Origin: Pseudovirgaria hyperparasitica | Taxonomy: Eukaryota | DNA length: 64,000 nucleotides | Reading direction: 5' to 3' (one strand) | NCBI GenBank assembly: GCA_010093815.1 | Contig: ML996570.1 | Shown: positions 23,342-35,120 of the stretch, piece by piece | How positions within the stretch are numbered: the first letter of the stretch is position 1 | How the letters are laid out: each line of letters begins with the position of its first letter | Translations under genes and position numbers: made by a program | Notes under the pieces: generated by a model | The model's input: the letters and a program-made list of their open reading frames with translations, nothing else | What the model was told of the DNA's origin: nothing | Database searches by the model: none

Positions 23342-23806
23342 TTACATGACGACGCAGGAATTGTGATTACCACCTACAGGCCCGCCTCGGGGGCGGACAG
23401 CGGGGGCGGCAATGTCTTCGTTGACGTCTGCCTCGTTGACGGAACGAGTGACGGATTCGATGACTGTGAGGGGGTCTTCGGGGGTGCGTTCGTGAAGGCT
23501 GGTGGGTGGGTGTGTCAGTATGTCTACTTCGAAGGTGGGGACAAGGAAGCAAAGAGAGGAGGAAGGGAGTCCACGGTGGAATCTAGGTATCCGAGGTGCT
23601 TCATATTGGATAGTTTGATGATGTGATGATGTAGGCTATGCATATCCCTTGGATAGTAGGAGGATAATGATAGGAAAGAATACATACTCTGCAATAGGGA
23701 CATCAGCATCGACAAGGTCCCTGGTAGAGAACGGCAGAGCGTTATCGAGGGCGGCGGCCTCGACAGCACGAACGGCGTGCGAGGCTTGAACGGCGGGAAG
23801 ATACAT
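23342..23806 (-). CDS. Small CAAX-box protein (91 aa), candidate a-class lipopeptide pheromone precursor, 2 exons
   Basis: CACCATG start at 23806; exon 1 23806-23688; intron 23687-23499 (GTATGT..TACTGAC..CAG); exon 2 23498-23342. Ends ...PRGGPVGGNHNSCVVM-stop. Strong C-ending codon bias, CT-rich 5' leader, adjacent to PLD and cyanase. Confidence 0.8.
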
Positions 23807-23899
23807 GGTGAATAATTCTGTTCTTCTAGTCGTCGTGGTATTGATAATTGAAGCGGGGATGTTGAGATACAGAGTATGATATCTTTCCTCGAGAGCAAA

Positions 23900-23940
23900 G
23901 AGAGAGAGAGAAAGAGAGAAAGAGAGAGAGAGAGGGAGAG
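23900..23940. repeat. (GA/CT)n microsatellite in the 5' leader of the CAAX gene
   Basis: Imperfect GAGAGA run; a second (GA)n run lies at ~24073-24086. Confidence 0.85.
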
Positions 23941-24976
23941 TCGGAGAAATAGAGATAGAGGATGAGTAAGACAAGATCTCGAGATCTAGATATAGAAAAT
24001 TTGTCCGCGTGCTTGTTTGAGCCAGCCAGAACAAGGACCCGTCCTTTGCAGCAGTTTTAATACCTTTCTTTCAGAGAGAGAGAGAGTGGTTCTGTACCGT
24101 CTCGATCCAGATACGGAGCTGAGATCGTGAACGGATCAAGATTGGGATGGGTTTGGAAAGGAGATCCTGAGATCTGTCTGTAATCTGGGTTGAGGAATGG
24201 GAGCCAGGCCCAGGGGCTGCCGATTTTCGACCCATGCTCTATGCTCTACGACTCAATACCTGCGACCCTGGCGGCGTCAATACTATGGTGGCAATCTGCA
24301 AACATGCTTGTGGATCCGCAGAACAATACGAAGAGGTCCGCATGAGCCTGTTATTGTTGACTCGAAATTGACAGTGGCGAAAGGCAAAGTATGAGCCCGC
24401 TGTCGACACGGAATGAGTGAGGCAGCATATGCAAATGCGAGGCTAAAAGATAAGTAACGATCAGCCTTGTTGTTTGGGTGATACCACCAATAATGTCTGT
24501 TTCGTAGAAGAGTTGCCTTAATCAGGCGTATCAGGCTCCAGTACCGCAACTAACGCCATACATCCTAGTGTTGAGCTCATTAGTCGAGAATGAAGGTTGA
24601 AATCAGCGTGAGGAATGGAGGGTGGGATGGTCTGGTGATTTGACCAAGGCCTCATCGTCGTCATGGTTCCATCCTTTGGATGTTGTTGTCAAGCCCGTTG
24701 GCTCGAGCACCGTTCTTAGTATTGTTCCCCATGTCGCCAACACCACACTAGCCCCAATCCAGCAATCAGATGCTGGTATGCTCAGTCGCATAACATGCAG
24801 AGTCGAGGATGTGATCTATAACGTCGCATAGACTTCAAGGATTATGTGTGATTTGATGTGGGTATTTGTGTATCTGCTACTCGTAGACCATCAAGCCAAG
24901 GATGGCTGCTCCAGCCAGTCTCATCATGTGTCAACGTCGGCCTGCCCAACATGCAGCATGCTTTCCACCATTTGGC

Positions 24977-27900
24977 TCAAGTATAGACCTCTTCGGTGAA
25001 GGCATTCAAGCCGAGACCTTCCTTGGCAATGTCCTCTTCCTTGAGGAAAAGTAATGGCATCTCCACCAACGTGCCCTTGATCGTACTGAGAATCTCCTTG
25101 ACTTCCTTGACACCCTGTTCACCAGGGGGGAATTCCTCCGCCACAACATGTCCCCACTTGTACTTACTTGGTTTCTTCTCTTTGTTGTCACCGTCCTGTT
25201 CGTGGAAGAAGCGTTCGTAGTACTCATCATACTGCTTCCAATTTCGGACCGAGTCGCTAGGCACGGGGTGGAATACGCGGCCAAAGGCATCAGTATTGGC
25301 CCGGGCGCGCTGGTTCCAGAAATTCAAGAACTCGTCAGATAAGGGATCAGTCACCAAGATATCTTCGTACGAGCCCCAGTCGTAGATGTTTGGGACCCCA
25401 ATCGGTTCATAATTCTGATCCGGGTGATCCATGACTTGTGGCTTAAGTAGTCCAAGATGCTTTCGGAAGATCTGTCTTCGCAGACTTGAAGCAAAACGCG
25501 ACCCTCGCCACGGCCTGCCATCCATGAGTCCCTCCACTGGAGTTGGATCGTTGACAACGATTGCAATTTCAGAGTCATGATCACCCAGCTGAGAGCGATC
25601 GTTAAGATTTGCTGAGCCACAAATGACAATTCGGTCATCAGCGATGAGGAGCTTTTTACATGTCAGCTGGCCAAATCGCCTACAAAGCTGGTAGAGACAT
25701 ACCTTGGAATGGACGTAGAGTTCTTCGCTCACGAATGCGTCAATCTCATCCATTGCACCATGTTCCCATGGTACATTGCGAATATCTTCACCACCAAGCA
25801 TGTAGCACTCAGATACGCTGTCCCACCTGCCACCAGCCAAGCCCTTTCGATCAGAGATGCCCTGAGCCCCTTGTTGATACTGCTGGTATGCGTCCCCGCC
25901 CAACCCGCGCGAGCAATTTCCGTCCATTTCATGGACATTACCAGGAATACTAGCCGGAGCCTGTGACTGGTAACTTTTGTAATTACTCTCCTGAGAGTAT
26001 TGCGCCGGCCCAGTATGGTCAGATCCGTTTGCAGGCATTCCTGGTCGATAAGCTTGGTATGTTGTCTGGTTGTCTGATGCATAAACGCCTCCAAAGGCCG
26101 CGTCGTGCTCCTTGCGGGCGTCTTCATACCTGACACCGCTCTGTTTCTCAGCTTGCGCCATGACGCCGCTGACATTGATTCGATCATAGCTTCGAAGGTT
26201 GTAGAATCTGATGTATTCCATCGGGTTAAATCCCTGTTGGGCGATCCTCTCGTAGATACTGTTTCCCCCTCGATTGATCGAATCATACTGAAACTCCATA
26301 ATGGCCCTCGTGCTCAATGCATCGTCGGACTTGAGATCGCCTGCAAAGGCAGGGACTGCTGGAATGACAATGATCATTTTGTACTTTTCACCTTTCCTTG
26401 CTGCTCTGAGAATACGTTCGACCATGGCTTCACCAATCTTGTTTTTGATGGGCCTCTGTTTGTCGCCAGTCGCAGTGATGAAGAATTGGTTCTCAATATA
26501 CACAAAATGCTCGCTGTTACGAATTACCTCGCAATAAGCGTTCTGAATGGAGTGCTGCGACGTGTCAGTAAGTGTGACATGGCCTAGATAGTATACTTAC
26601 CTCGAGGCCACCGCCGTGGCTCCATTTGGCGCAACTTCTTGTGATCTGACAAGATGTCCCGCCTGGACCTTGAGAGCTTGTTGGCCGTGAAACGCCATAG
26701 TGACTTCCGATACGGTGCTCGACATGCTGGAAGCCCTGATTCAAGCGATCCTGAAGTTGCCCACGCAGGCCGCCTTGATCCTGACCATGACTCTGTGCGA
26801 GGCCGAAGATGCCACGTTCACCTTCACCGCCGAAACCGCGTTCTTCGCCTTCGACGTCTCTTTGCTGCCCTTGAGGTGTAGCGCTGACAGTTGTAGCTCT
26901 CTCCGGAAGGAGAGCATAACGAGGATCTTTGTGGGAGTACTTCTCTTTGAACAAAAAATTCCAACGCTGACTGAAGTGGCTTTTCAAATCTTCCACAGCG
27001 GGACCTGTCAAGCAAAGAGACACATCGGACCATCCCATACGCGAGCTTTTCGTACGATCCAATTTATTGTTCTCCCAATTCACAACGTCCTGGAAGTCCA
27101 TGATTCGGGCGTTGTTATAGTCCTGTCCAGGGAAGACGATATTGTCTAGATCCCCAGGGTGGGCATCCGATATTGGGTGCTGGTTAGTGTCCCAGCGACC
27201 GTAGCAGAGGTCAAGTCCACCCATGAAGGCAGTGCGGCCATCGATAAGGCAAAGTTTCTCATGATGCGCCCAATAGAGGACTGTGCCTTCGTGTACCCCA
27301 TATATTCCTTCTATGGTTTGTCCTGGTAGTTTTGCTATTGAGGCTGCTGAAAGAGAGAGGTTCTGCAGTGAGCTTAGAAAGGACGACGTGAGAACCTTTT
27401 GGTCCGGTAGATGGTCGGGGTGCCGGAACACAGCAATGTTGGGATGCAAATCTTCGAGTGCATGTTTGGTATGCGATGAGGACACTGTGAGAGGGGGAGC
27501 TATCAGCGGATTGTCCTTCTCCCATTGTTCCAAGGAATTGAATATGACATCCAAGCCCACCCGCGATATGAATTTAGTAATACGATCGGTGGTTTTAGGA
27601 AGTAGGGAGTGGAGGTAATCGGGCAGCGTGGGATTCAGCAACTTACGGGTGAGAGCTTGGGTGACCTTTTAAAATGATTAGCATACACAACTTGGCGGGC
27701 ACTCGTTGACTGACCTCTTTATAGACTATAATGTTGACTTTCACACCTCTTTCTGCGGCCGCTTTGAGCATGCGGTCTACCCGGTATTGCTGATTCTTTG
27801 CTGGAGGGCGTCTGAGATATAGCTCAGGTGAGAGCCACCCTGGAAATGTCAGCCATTGCATAAGTCCTATTGAAAGGTAACCGACAATCGAGAATCCAGA

Positions 27901-28153
27901 TTGATTCCCTAGCACGTTCCAGAGCCACCGAAACTGCCCACATGTAGCCACAGCCGTCAACATACCACTTTATATCATTTCCGCCAGTTCGCTCCGGTGC
28001 AAAACTGTTGAAGCGATTGCCCGTGGTCGAGTCGGTGCTGGGGTTAGCAGGTGCTCCGCTCGTTGGCCTTTGTTGATTATTAGACAGTCTCTCTTTCACT
28101 TCTGAGCCTAGACCATGGACAAGGCCGTGGGCTTTGTCAAATAACGAGGACAT
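24977..28153 (-). CDS. pld: Phospholipase D (two HKD motifs, no PX/PH domain), 6 exons
   Basis: ATG 28153; introns 27885-27840, 27714-27666, 27646-27485, 26600-26555, 25702-25652. Motifs WLSPELYLRRPP, WAHHEKLCLID, IYIENQFF, YVHSK|LLIADD, GSANLNDRS. Confidence 0.95.
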
Positions 28154-29163
28154 GCCTCCTGAAGGTTTCTCTGGGCCTGGCTGCTCGCCATATGCTAGGT
28201 GAGGTTGGTATTGCTGAGTGACACTCTACATAGCATCATCGTAAGCATTGGGTCATTGTTGACGTTCAAGAGCGGTTGCAGCATACTGTATCGCCCTGCT
28301 GAGGCTTCTTGCCTCCGCCGAAGAAGCGTCTTCCCACATCACCGATAAAGCCTCGTTCGCCGTCCGTTGACTGGGCATCTCCGTGGAATTCGCCATAGGC
28401 CAGATTATCATCATGATCGCTGTGTCGCGACATGATGAGAAAGTCTTGGCGTGTATAGATAAGGGCTTATTGAGCCATTGAGAGCAAAGCGCGGATAGAA
28501 AGTCGGGCACGCTTGAGGAGATCGGTGGTGGACTAGTTATCAAGGTTGCTGGTGATGGTATTGCGAAGATGAACTAATTACAGTAATCACCTAGTACCTC
28601 TAGACGCATGCCTGGAAGGACGGACAAGGTGCCAGCGAGTGCCACAAGCTGAACTGCCCCTCTCTGCCCCGCCATCAAGCAGCTATCAGGGTGCCCAAAG
28701 TCGTCGACATCAACACCATACTGGCTCCATCCACATAGACATACAAGAGATTGCAACATGCATCAATCACTGACGTTACCAAGTAGTTACATAGGTCAAT
28801 AGCTAACCAGTAGACGAATCCATCATTGTGACCGGATCTCATGGATCGTGATAGACAGCTACGTAGGCAGTCAGTCCCTCTTCTCGTCAGCCAAGCGGAG
28901 CCACGCCCAACTTCGCTTCGTTTTTGCCTATCATCGCCGTCATTAATACCGCTTTGCTACTTCATGGCTTGAGGGGAGATCGTTGAAGATAATTAGGTCG
29001 TAGTCACAATCACAGTCACAATCACCACTCATCTCATATCAATCGCGCCGTTCTCGACTAATCGAATCAATCGATTGACTTGCAACCTGTAGCACTTAAT
29101 TACTGTAATCAGTTATATCCCGGATAAGTCTTTCGTTCGACCCGCTCGGCCGCTTCTCGACTC

Positions 29164-29170
29164 TATAAAA
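29164..29170 (+). promoter_or_regulatory. TATA box of cyanase
   Basis: TATAAAA followed by a CT-rich stretch. Confidence 0.6.
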
Positions 29171-29197
29171 GTCCTCCACTCCTCCATTGTTACCACG

Positions 29198-29922
29198 ATG
29201 CCTCTCTTTACCCGCTTTGCATCTCATTCCTTGGCTTCGTCATCTACTTTATTCATCAAACAGGCTCCTCGTATCGTCGCATATCAACCCTTTCGCCGCA
29301 TAGTCACTCAGCCTTCTTCCAACATGGCCGACGCAACAGCAGCTCCTGCACTTGCTACCCTTGATGTGGCTTTGCCGATCCCAAGCTCAAGTGACCATGG
29401 AAGCTGACAATTCACATAGGCTTCTCTCATCCCTCGTCTCCCCGTATGGTGCCCAACTGTTTTCGAGGCCAAGAAGAAGCTGAATCTGTCGTTTGCCGAC
29501 ATTGCCAAGGAAGTCGGCCGTGACGAGGTTGCCATTGCTGCTCTTTTTTACGGTCAGGCCAATGCCTCGCCAAAGGATATCGAGGTGCTCGCAAAGGTCC
29601 TCCAGATCCCAGAAGCCATCCTCCAGGATCAAATGAGTGGTCTCCCAGATCGTGGCAGGGCTGTTGACATGCCTCCCAAGGACCCTCTCATCTACCGTCT
29701 GTACGAAATCGTTCAGAACTACGGTTACGCCTACAAGGCCGTGCTAAACGAGAAATTCGGTGACGGCATCATGAGCGCCATCTCGTTTTCAACAAAGGTA
29801 GAAAAGGAAACTGATGACAAGGGCGACTGGGTCAAGATTACCCTCAGAGGCAAATGGTGAGTCTGCTTAGCCTTCGAATGAACTTTACTGAGCAGCACAG
29901 GCTTCCATACACCAGATTTTAG
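29198..29922 (+). CDS. cyn1: Cyanate hydratase (cyanase), 3 exons; second in-frame ATG at 29324
   Basis: Introns 29366-29419 and 29857-29900. Motifs [50 protein letters not shown]. Confidence 0.96.
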
Positions 29923-30414
29923 TTAGATATGAGTTGTGAAGGTTGTTTAGAACAACTTTCGTCACATAAAAATGTAGAGCTATGACCACTTACCAGATTT
30001 TATACTGTGTTAGAACTAGTAAACGTCCCGGCTTTTATATTCTTTTATTCGTCTGATCCCCCTCTGTTTGTGTTCTTCACGTCGCCTTTTCATATATGTC
30101 TAGAAGTGTTATTCCAAGTTAGTCTAAGCGCTGTTTTCGTTTCTGGAAGCTCTTGAATGGAGCAGCAACAACTAACATCCTCTGTTGTTCACTTCACATA
30201 TCCAGTCGTATCACTCATCTCTCCATATACTTACCTATCCTAGTTGCCACGTTTTGAGGTAGCAGTATCTATACGCACGTCCCATGTCCCATTGAGACTG
30301 GCTGATAAGCTGTCGTTCATACAAAGATGGGTGTCCCTATTGATAGCATCCCTCTTACAACCTTTTCCCCTTGTCTACTATTGTGATATCTGTAACTGAG
30401 AATATCATTTACAA

Positions 30415-31015
30415 ATGGAGTTCAACGCATCCAGAGATGGCGAACCAGGCCTAAGCCGTCACAGGACCAATACTATGTCTACCGACGATACCTCGACCAC
30501 CCCTGGCTCTCCCTCGTATCTATTGTCGCCGTCTTCGTCCACAAGCTACTTCGACCTCCCTTCGTTCCCACCAACCAGACGAATCTCCCAGATCGGCTGG
30601 GGTGAACCTGACAGCCCCGACCGTAGCTTCGCGTCCCCACGCTTCGCCGGTGGTGAATGTGTTGCGACCATGGCTGAACGTAAGCGCGCAATACGCGAGA
30701 GACTACAAGCTGAATTCTACACCCGGCCAAACGAGTGTAAGTCGTGATCAAAGGACAACCATGAATGTGCACTTAACCAATTCTACAGCTCAAGCTTCGT
30801 CCCAAGAGTGTCTTACAAAGATTACCACGAGCGAAAGCCCCGAACAGCACCACGGTGAAGAAGTCACTGAGCAATCGCGTCGCCGCAAGCGCAAGGGCAG
30901 CTTTATTAAACTTGTGAAGAAACTCGTTACTGCTGGCACGTCGCCTAGACATTCTTCCATATCCATTCACTTACAATCAACAGCGGCCACAAGCACCCGC
31001 GAGCCACTCCTCTGA
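30415..31015 (+). CDS. Small Ser/Pro-rich hypothetical protein, 2 exons
   Basis: ORFs 30415 and 30602 join in frame via intron 30737-30788 (GTAAGT..CTTAAC..CAG). No recognisable domain. Confidence 0.65.
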
Positions 31016-31943
31016 AGTCACTCTTGCTGAGGGGATTATTGTGATGTAATCACACTGTCATCGTATCAAAGATGCGCTCTTCAAGAGATAAACTGACGGG
31101 AAGCAGATCTGTCGAGCCCCAAAATCCTTGCCATGTATGGCTTCTCCAGCCTCCATAACCACTTCTATATCGCATATTCCGCCGGAGTGTCGAGAATATC
31201 TCGCGTCACATCACATTACGTACAACCACGTCTTGCAACGCTATACTTACCCTATCTGTACTCTCTATTTGGGAAAAAATTACTCGTCTCATCGAGACGT
31301 GCTATATGAAAGCTTTATCTACCCTGTTTGGATCCATGGTTAGTAGTAAGGTAGTTGCTAACGTCAACCTGGACACAGGGCGGTAGCGCCCCTCTACATA
31401 CGTGTTGAACACTTTGGTATATGGAGCTCAGGGGAAAATCCACATTAGTTCTATTGCGTTCAACTTTCAAGGTGTTTCCCTTGGTCATTCTCGTTCCGTC
31501 TTATGCAACGTGCAACTAAATTTTTGACATTCGTACTCTTTGTTCACGTCCATAACCGTGAACATCTCAACTCAATTTCAAGTCTCGATAAGTAAATTTC
31601 GAACATACTCCGAGTTCCTTAGTCTTAAGGTTAACTTAAGTAAGGTTAGAGGATTCATGTAGACCGAGACAGCAATGCCTTCGTAGCATAAGATTGTCGC
31701 TGTTCTTTAGTAGATTACAAGGTGATAGGTACGCTATTGTGCATCGTTCTTTATAGCCTCAATTCACTCCTAACTGCTCGGTATCGATTCAAGTTGTGAC
31801 TCTGGAGCTTACATGGGCAACAACGAACGACACACTGATAACCCCGCACTTCGAACTACTATAGCCTCAAGTTTGTTCACTCTCAATCCAGGATCGAGTC
31901 AAACACTGCCTAGCTGAGCCCGTGCACGGTTCAAGTCTTTCAT

Positions 31944-33968
31944 ATGTTTTCCAGTCTTAACTCACACCAAGCCCTCCTACCTCGTTCATTTGACGCCTTA
32001 TCAACATATCAGCCCCCGCGAGACCAATCGGCTCCTCAAGTTACCATGAAGAATCCAGACAGGTGTGACGTCTGCTCATGTGTGTATGTCCATGTGGATA
32101 AAGGTCCACCTTGCAGCATCTGCGCCAATGGCTCTCACATTGCTCACCTCCACCTCCCGACGGATAAGCCTGACAAGTACACGAGATGGGAATGTCTTGT
32201 TGCCAACTGCACGGTAAAAGACGAGCTCAAGTTCTTCGAGAAGCACATGGAGAAAGATCACTTCTACTGTCGAAAGTGCCACGCTGCCTTCAAAGATTGG
32301 GAGACGCTTGTAAAGCATCGAATCAGTTCTCCCCTGCACTACGCGTGTAACTTCTGTGGTATCGAGTTCAAGAGCATTCATGGCATCAAGAGGCATGTCC
32401 AATTGGTAAGTCAAGATACCAATCCGTATCCAACATAAGATATTTCATACAGTGCCTCACTGATAATTGGCCATCAGGACCATCCTCCGAAGCAAAACCT
32501 CAAGTGTATCGGTTGTGGTGACATGTTTGACCGAGCTGCCTCCATGGTCAATCACCTTGAGCAAGGCCACTGCGCGGTTATAACCCCGCAAGAATTCGCT
32601 GGTCACATGCAGCAAAAGATGATTATTGATTCAGTCTTGAGAGACAAACCTAGTGTTCTTCCAGGGCCTAACCACATTCTAGCAGCTGTAGACTTGGACG
32701 AAGGAGGAGGTGTCTGCCTTCTACAGGGACACAATATTCTCGAAGCAGATGAAGCTTCTGGACATCCCAAAATTGCCTCGTTGCAACCAGAGAAGAAACC
32801 AACCTGCAATAGTACCCGATCGCAGTATCCCTCTCTTCAATCTTCGACTGGGACTTCTGGTCTAGACAGCTTTTCAGGCATGTCAATTTCGAGCAGCGCT
32901 GCCCTCTCAAGTAAAGCTGCTTCTTCCACAGTTTCTACCATCGATGACGACGATGGTTCTCAGAAGCCCTGGGGTAGCCAGACCGGTGCATCCAAAACGC
33001 TCTTTCCGGAATCAAGACCTACGCCAGTCGACCATGACTGGCTTGAAGGTAAACGACAGGCGGATATAGGCTACGCTCGCCAGAATGGATCCAATCTTTT
33101 CAAGGACCGTTATTGGGATCCGTCAAGCGAGCGGTTCAAAGCTGAAGCATTCTTTAATGCTGTGATGGAGTTTTATGAGTGCCCATTTAACCCATGCAAC
33201 CATAAGTCTTACTTGCCTAGCGATCTGGTCCATCACATCCAGACATCTCATCGAGCGATTGAATACCGATGTCCTTGTTGCTTCAAATGGTTCAAGACTG
33301 CTGCGGCTCTTATGGGCCACGCCGAAGCCGCCGGAACTAGATGCAGAATCTCGAAGACTGAGAACTATCGTGAAGCAGTTAACCAATTCTCCGCAGGTTT
33401 TATCCAAGCCAACGAGGGAAAGCACCCGGACATACCTGTTCAAAAGGTCGTGGGATATTCGCTAGACAAGGACGATGAGCTCGTGCCCACGTCGACCGAG
33501 AGCATCAGACACAACGTCTGGACCTACGAAAGCAGCAAACCTTCCGACTGGGAGTCTGGTCAAGAGCAAAGGAAGGTGGAATACGAGAGAAGCCAGCTCA
33601 CGGATCCATTCGGCTATAATCAGCGCTACGCTCACATCAACACCGCCACTCATTTTGAAGGTGGCCGGCCTAGTCTGCCTTCAATGATGCATCACGGTAG
33701 TCTGTTTCCTGAGCGGGATATTATGGGTGGATCTTCGAGCAAGTATTCCGACGGACTTCGTACACAGCAAGAAGCTCTTCAGGGGTACACGTTACTCGAC
33801 CCCCAGAAGTTGAAGCAGCAAAAGAAGCGTAATGCTTGGTCGAAATTTGCCGCCGGCATTGAGAGTGTGGACAAGTACAACGAGCTCATCAGTGGTTCTG
33901 ATGGAGGTAGTATCAAGGTCGATGGCTTCGACAGCGAGGATGAGGGCGAAGCGACGGAGACCGAGTAG
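31944..33968 (+). CDS. Multi-C2H2 zinc-finger protein, 2 exons (start may be the Met at 32046)
   Basis: Intron 32406-32477. Fingers include CRKC..H..H, CNFC..H..H, CIGC..H..C, CPFNPC..H..H and CPCC..H. Confidence 0.88.
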
Positions 33969-34248
33969 GTGTTTGACGACCTAACACCAATATCCAACCC
34001 CCTCCTTGGAAGTAAGCATACAACATTTGTGGAGATGCAGACGCAGCTGAAGTCATGGATCAATGACTACTTGGGCAATAAGGGGTCAAACACTGGAGGA
34101 CATCGCAAATTCCCTGGACGATCCATACATGCTCTTAGCTTGTCCATCAACCGTAGCCCCATTGCATTGTCGTCTTGAACCTTACTCGTTTGCCTCATAT
34201 TTTCCTCCAACACGTGATTAATACCGATCTAATTACCTTTATAATGCT

Positions 34249-35120
34249 CGTCATATCACCCTGACCACTCTATACCAAGCTTCATTCCAACCAGAACCGC
34301 ACCCAAACGTCTCTCTATTGCAACACCATCTGTTCTCATCATTCACAGACTTGGAGAGGAAAGAAGCATAGTTGCCTACTCTTTCGTTCTTCCTTCTCCA
34401 TTCTTCTTCTTCTTTTTCTCTCCCAACATTCTTGTCTCCTCCACAGGCTATAAAGCCCGCGACAAGGCACACTATATGCACAAAATGACGGGCTGACAAT
34501 GTGGGAGCAAGACGACCGAGAGAAGACCAAAGTAGAGAGAGGGGAGACAGAGGTAACTACGCAGGAGTAAAGAGCAATGTGTGGTTGGAGAATTGCAGAT
34601 CTTTAGTAGGAAGAGAAAAAGAGAGCCGTACATTATGCGTCCTCCCTTTTTTGCCCCTTGTCTCATTGACATGGACTACATATGACAAGAGTTCTATTAA
34701 CATTATCCAAGGGGGCTTTTTCCCGGGTATCAAATATGGACACGGGAAGTTATCGTCGTCGTCGTCGTCGTCGTCGCCGGCGAACACAACTATCGCCTTC
34801 CTTCCCCCCTTTTACCCCCGCCAACCCCTTGTCCCTCTCAAACCCTTCCCTACCTTCCTCTCATGTTCTGAAGAAAATCTTTTCCAGCCGTGATAAAACG
34901 CCCCTTGTCAAAAAGAAGACACCTGCGCCCTCGTCTTGTGGGCGCCAGCCAAGCGTTCCGCGTTCAGCCGTTACAGAAAGTCCGAGATTCCTCATAATAT
35001 GTATATGTATAATATACTCCTGAAATTAATTGAGAGCAACAAATTCAGACAGCGCCCTATGTTATTTATTGATTGCCGAAAACGAGAAAAGGCCCTGAAA
35101 AAGCCCTGTGATGATATACG
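34249..35120 (-). ncRNA. Candidate long structured non-coding RNA (unassigned family)
   Basis: No credible ORF; several nested long-range helices with G-U pairs valid only on the minus strand; TATA-like elements upstream at ~35240-35280. Confidence 0.4.
34753..34775. repeat. (TCG)n trinucleotide microsatellite
   Basis: tcgtcgtcgtcgtcgtcgtcgtc run. Confidence 0.85.
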
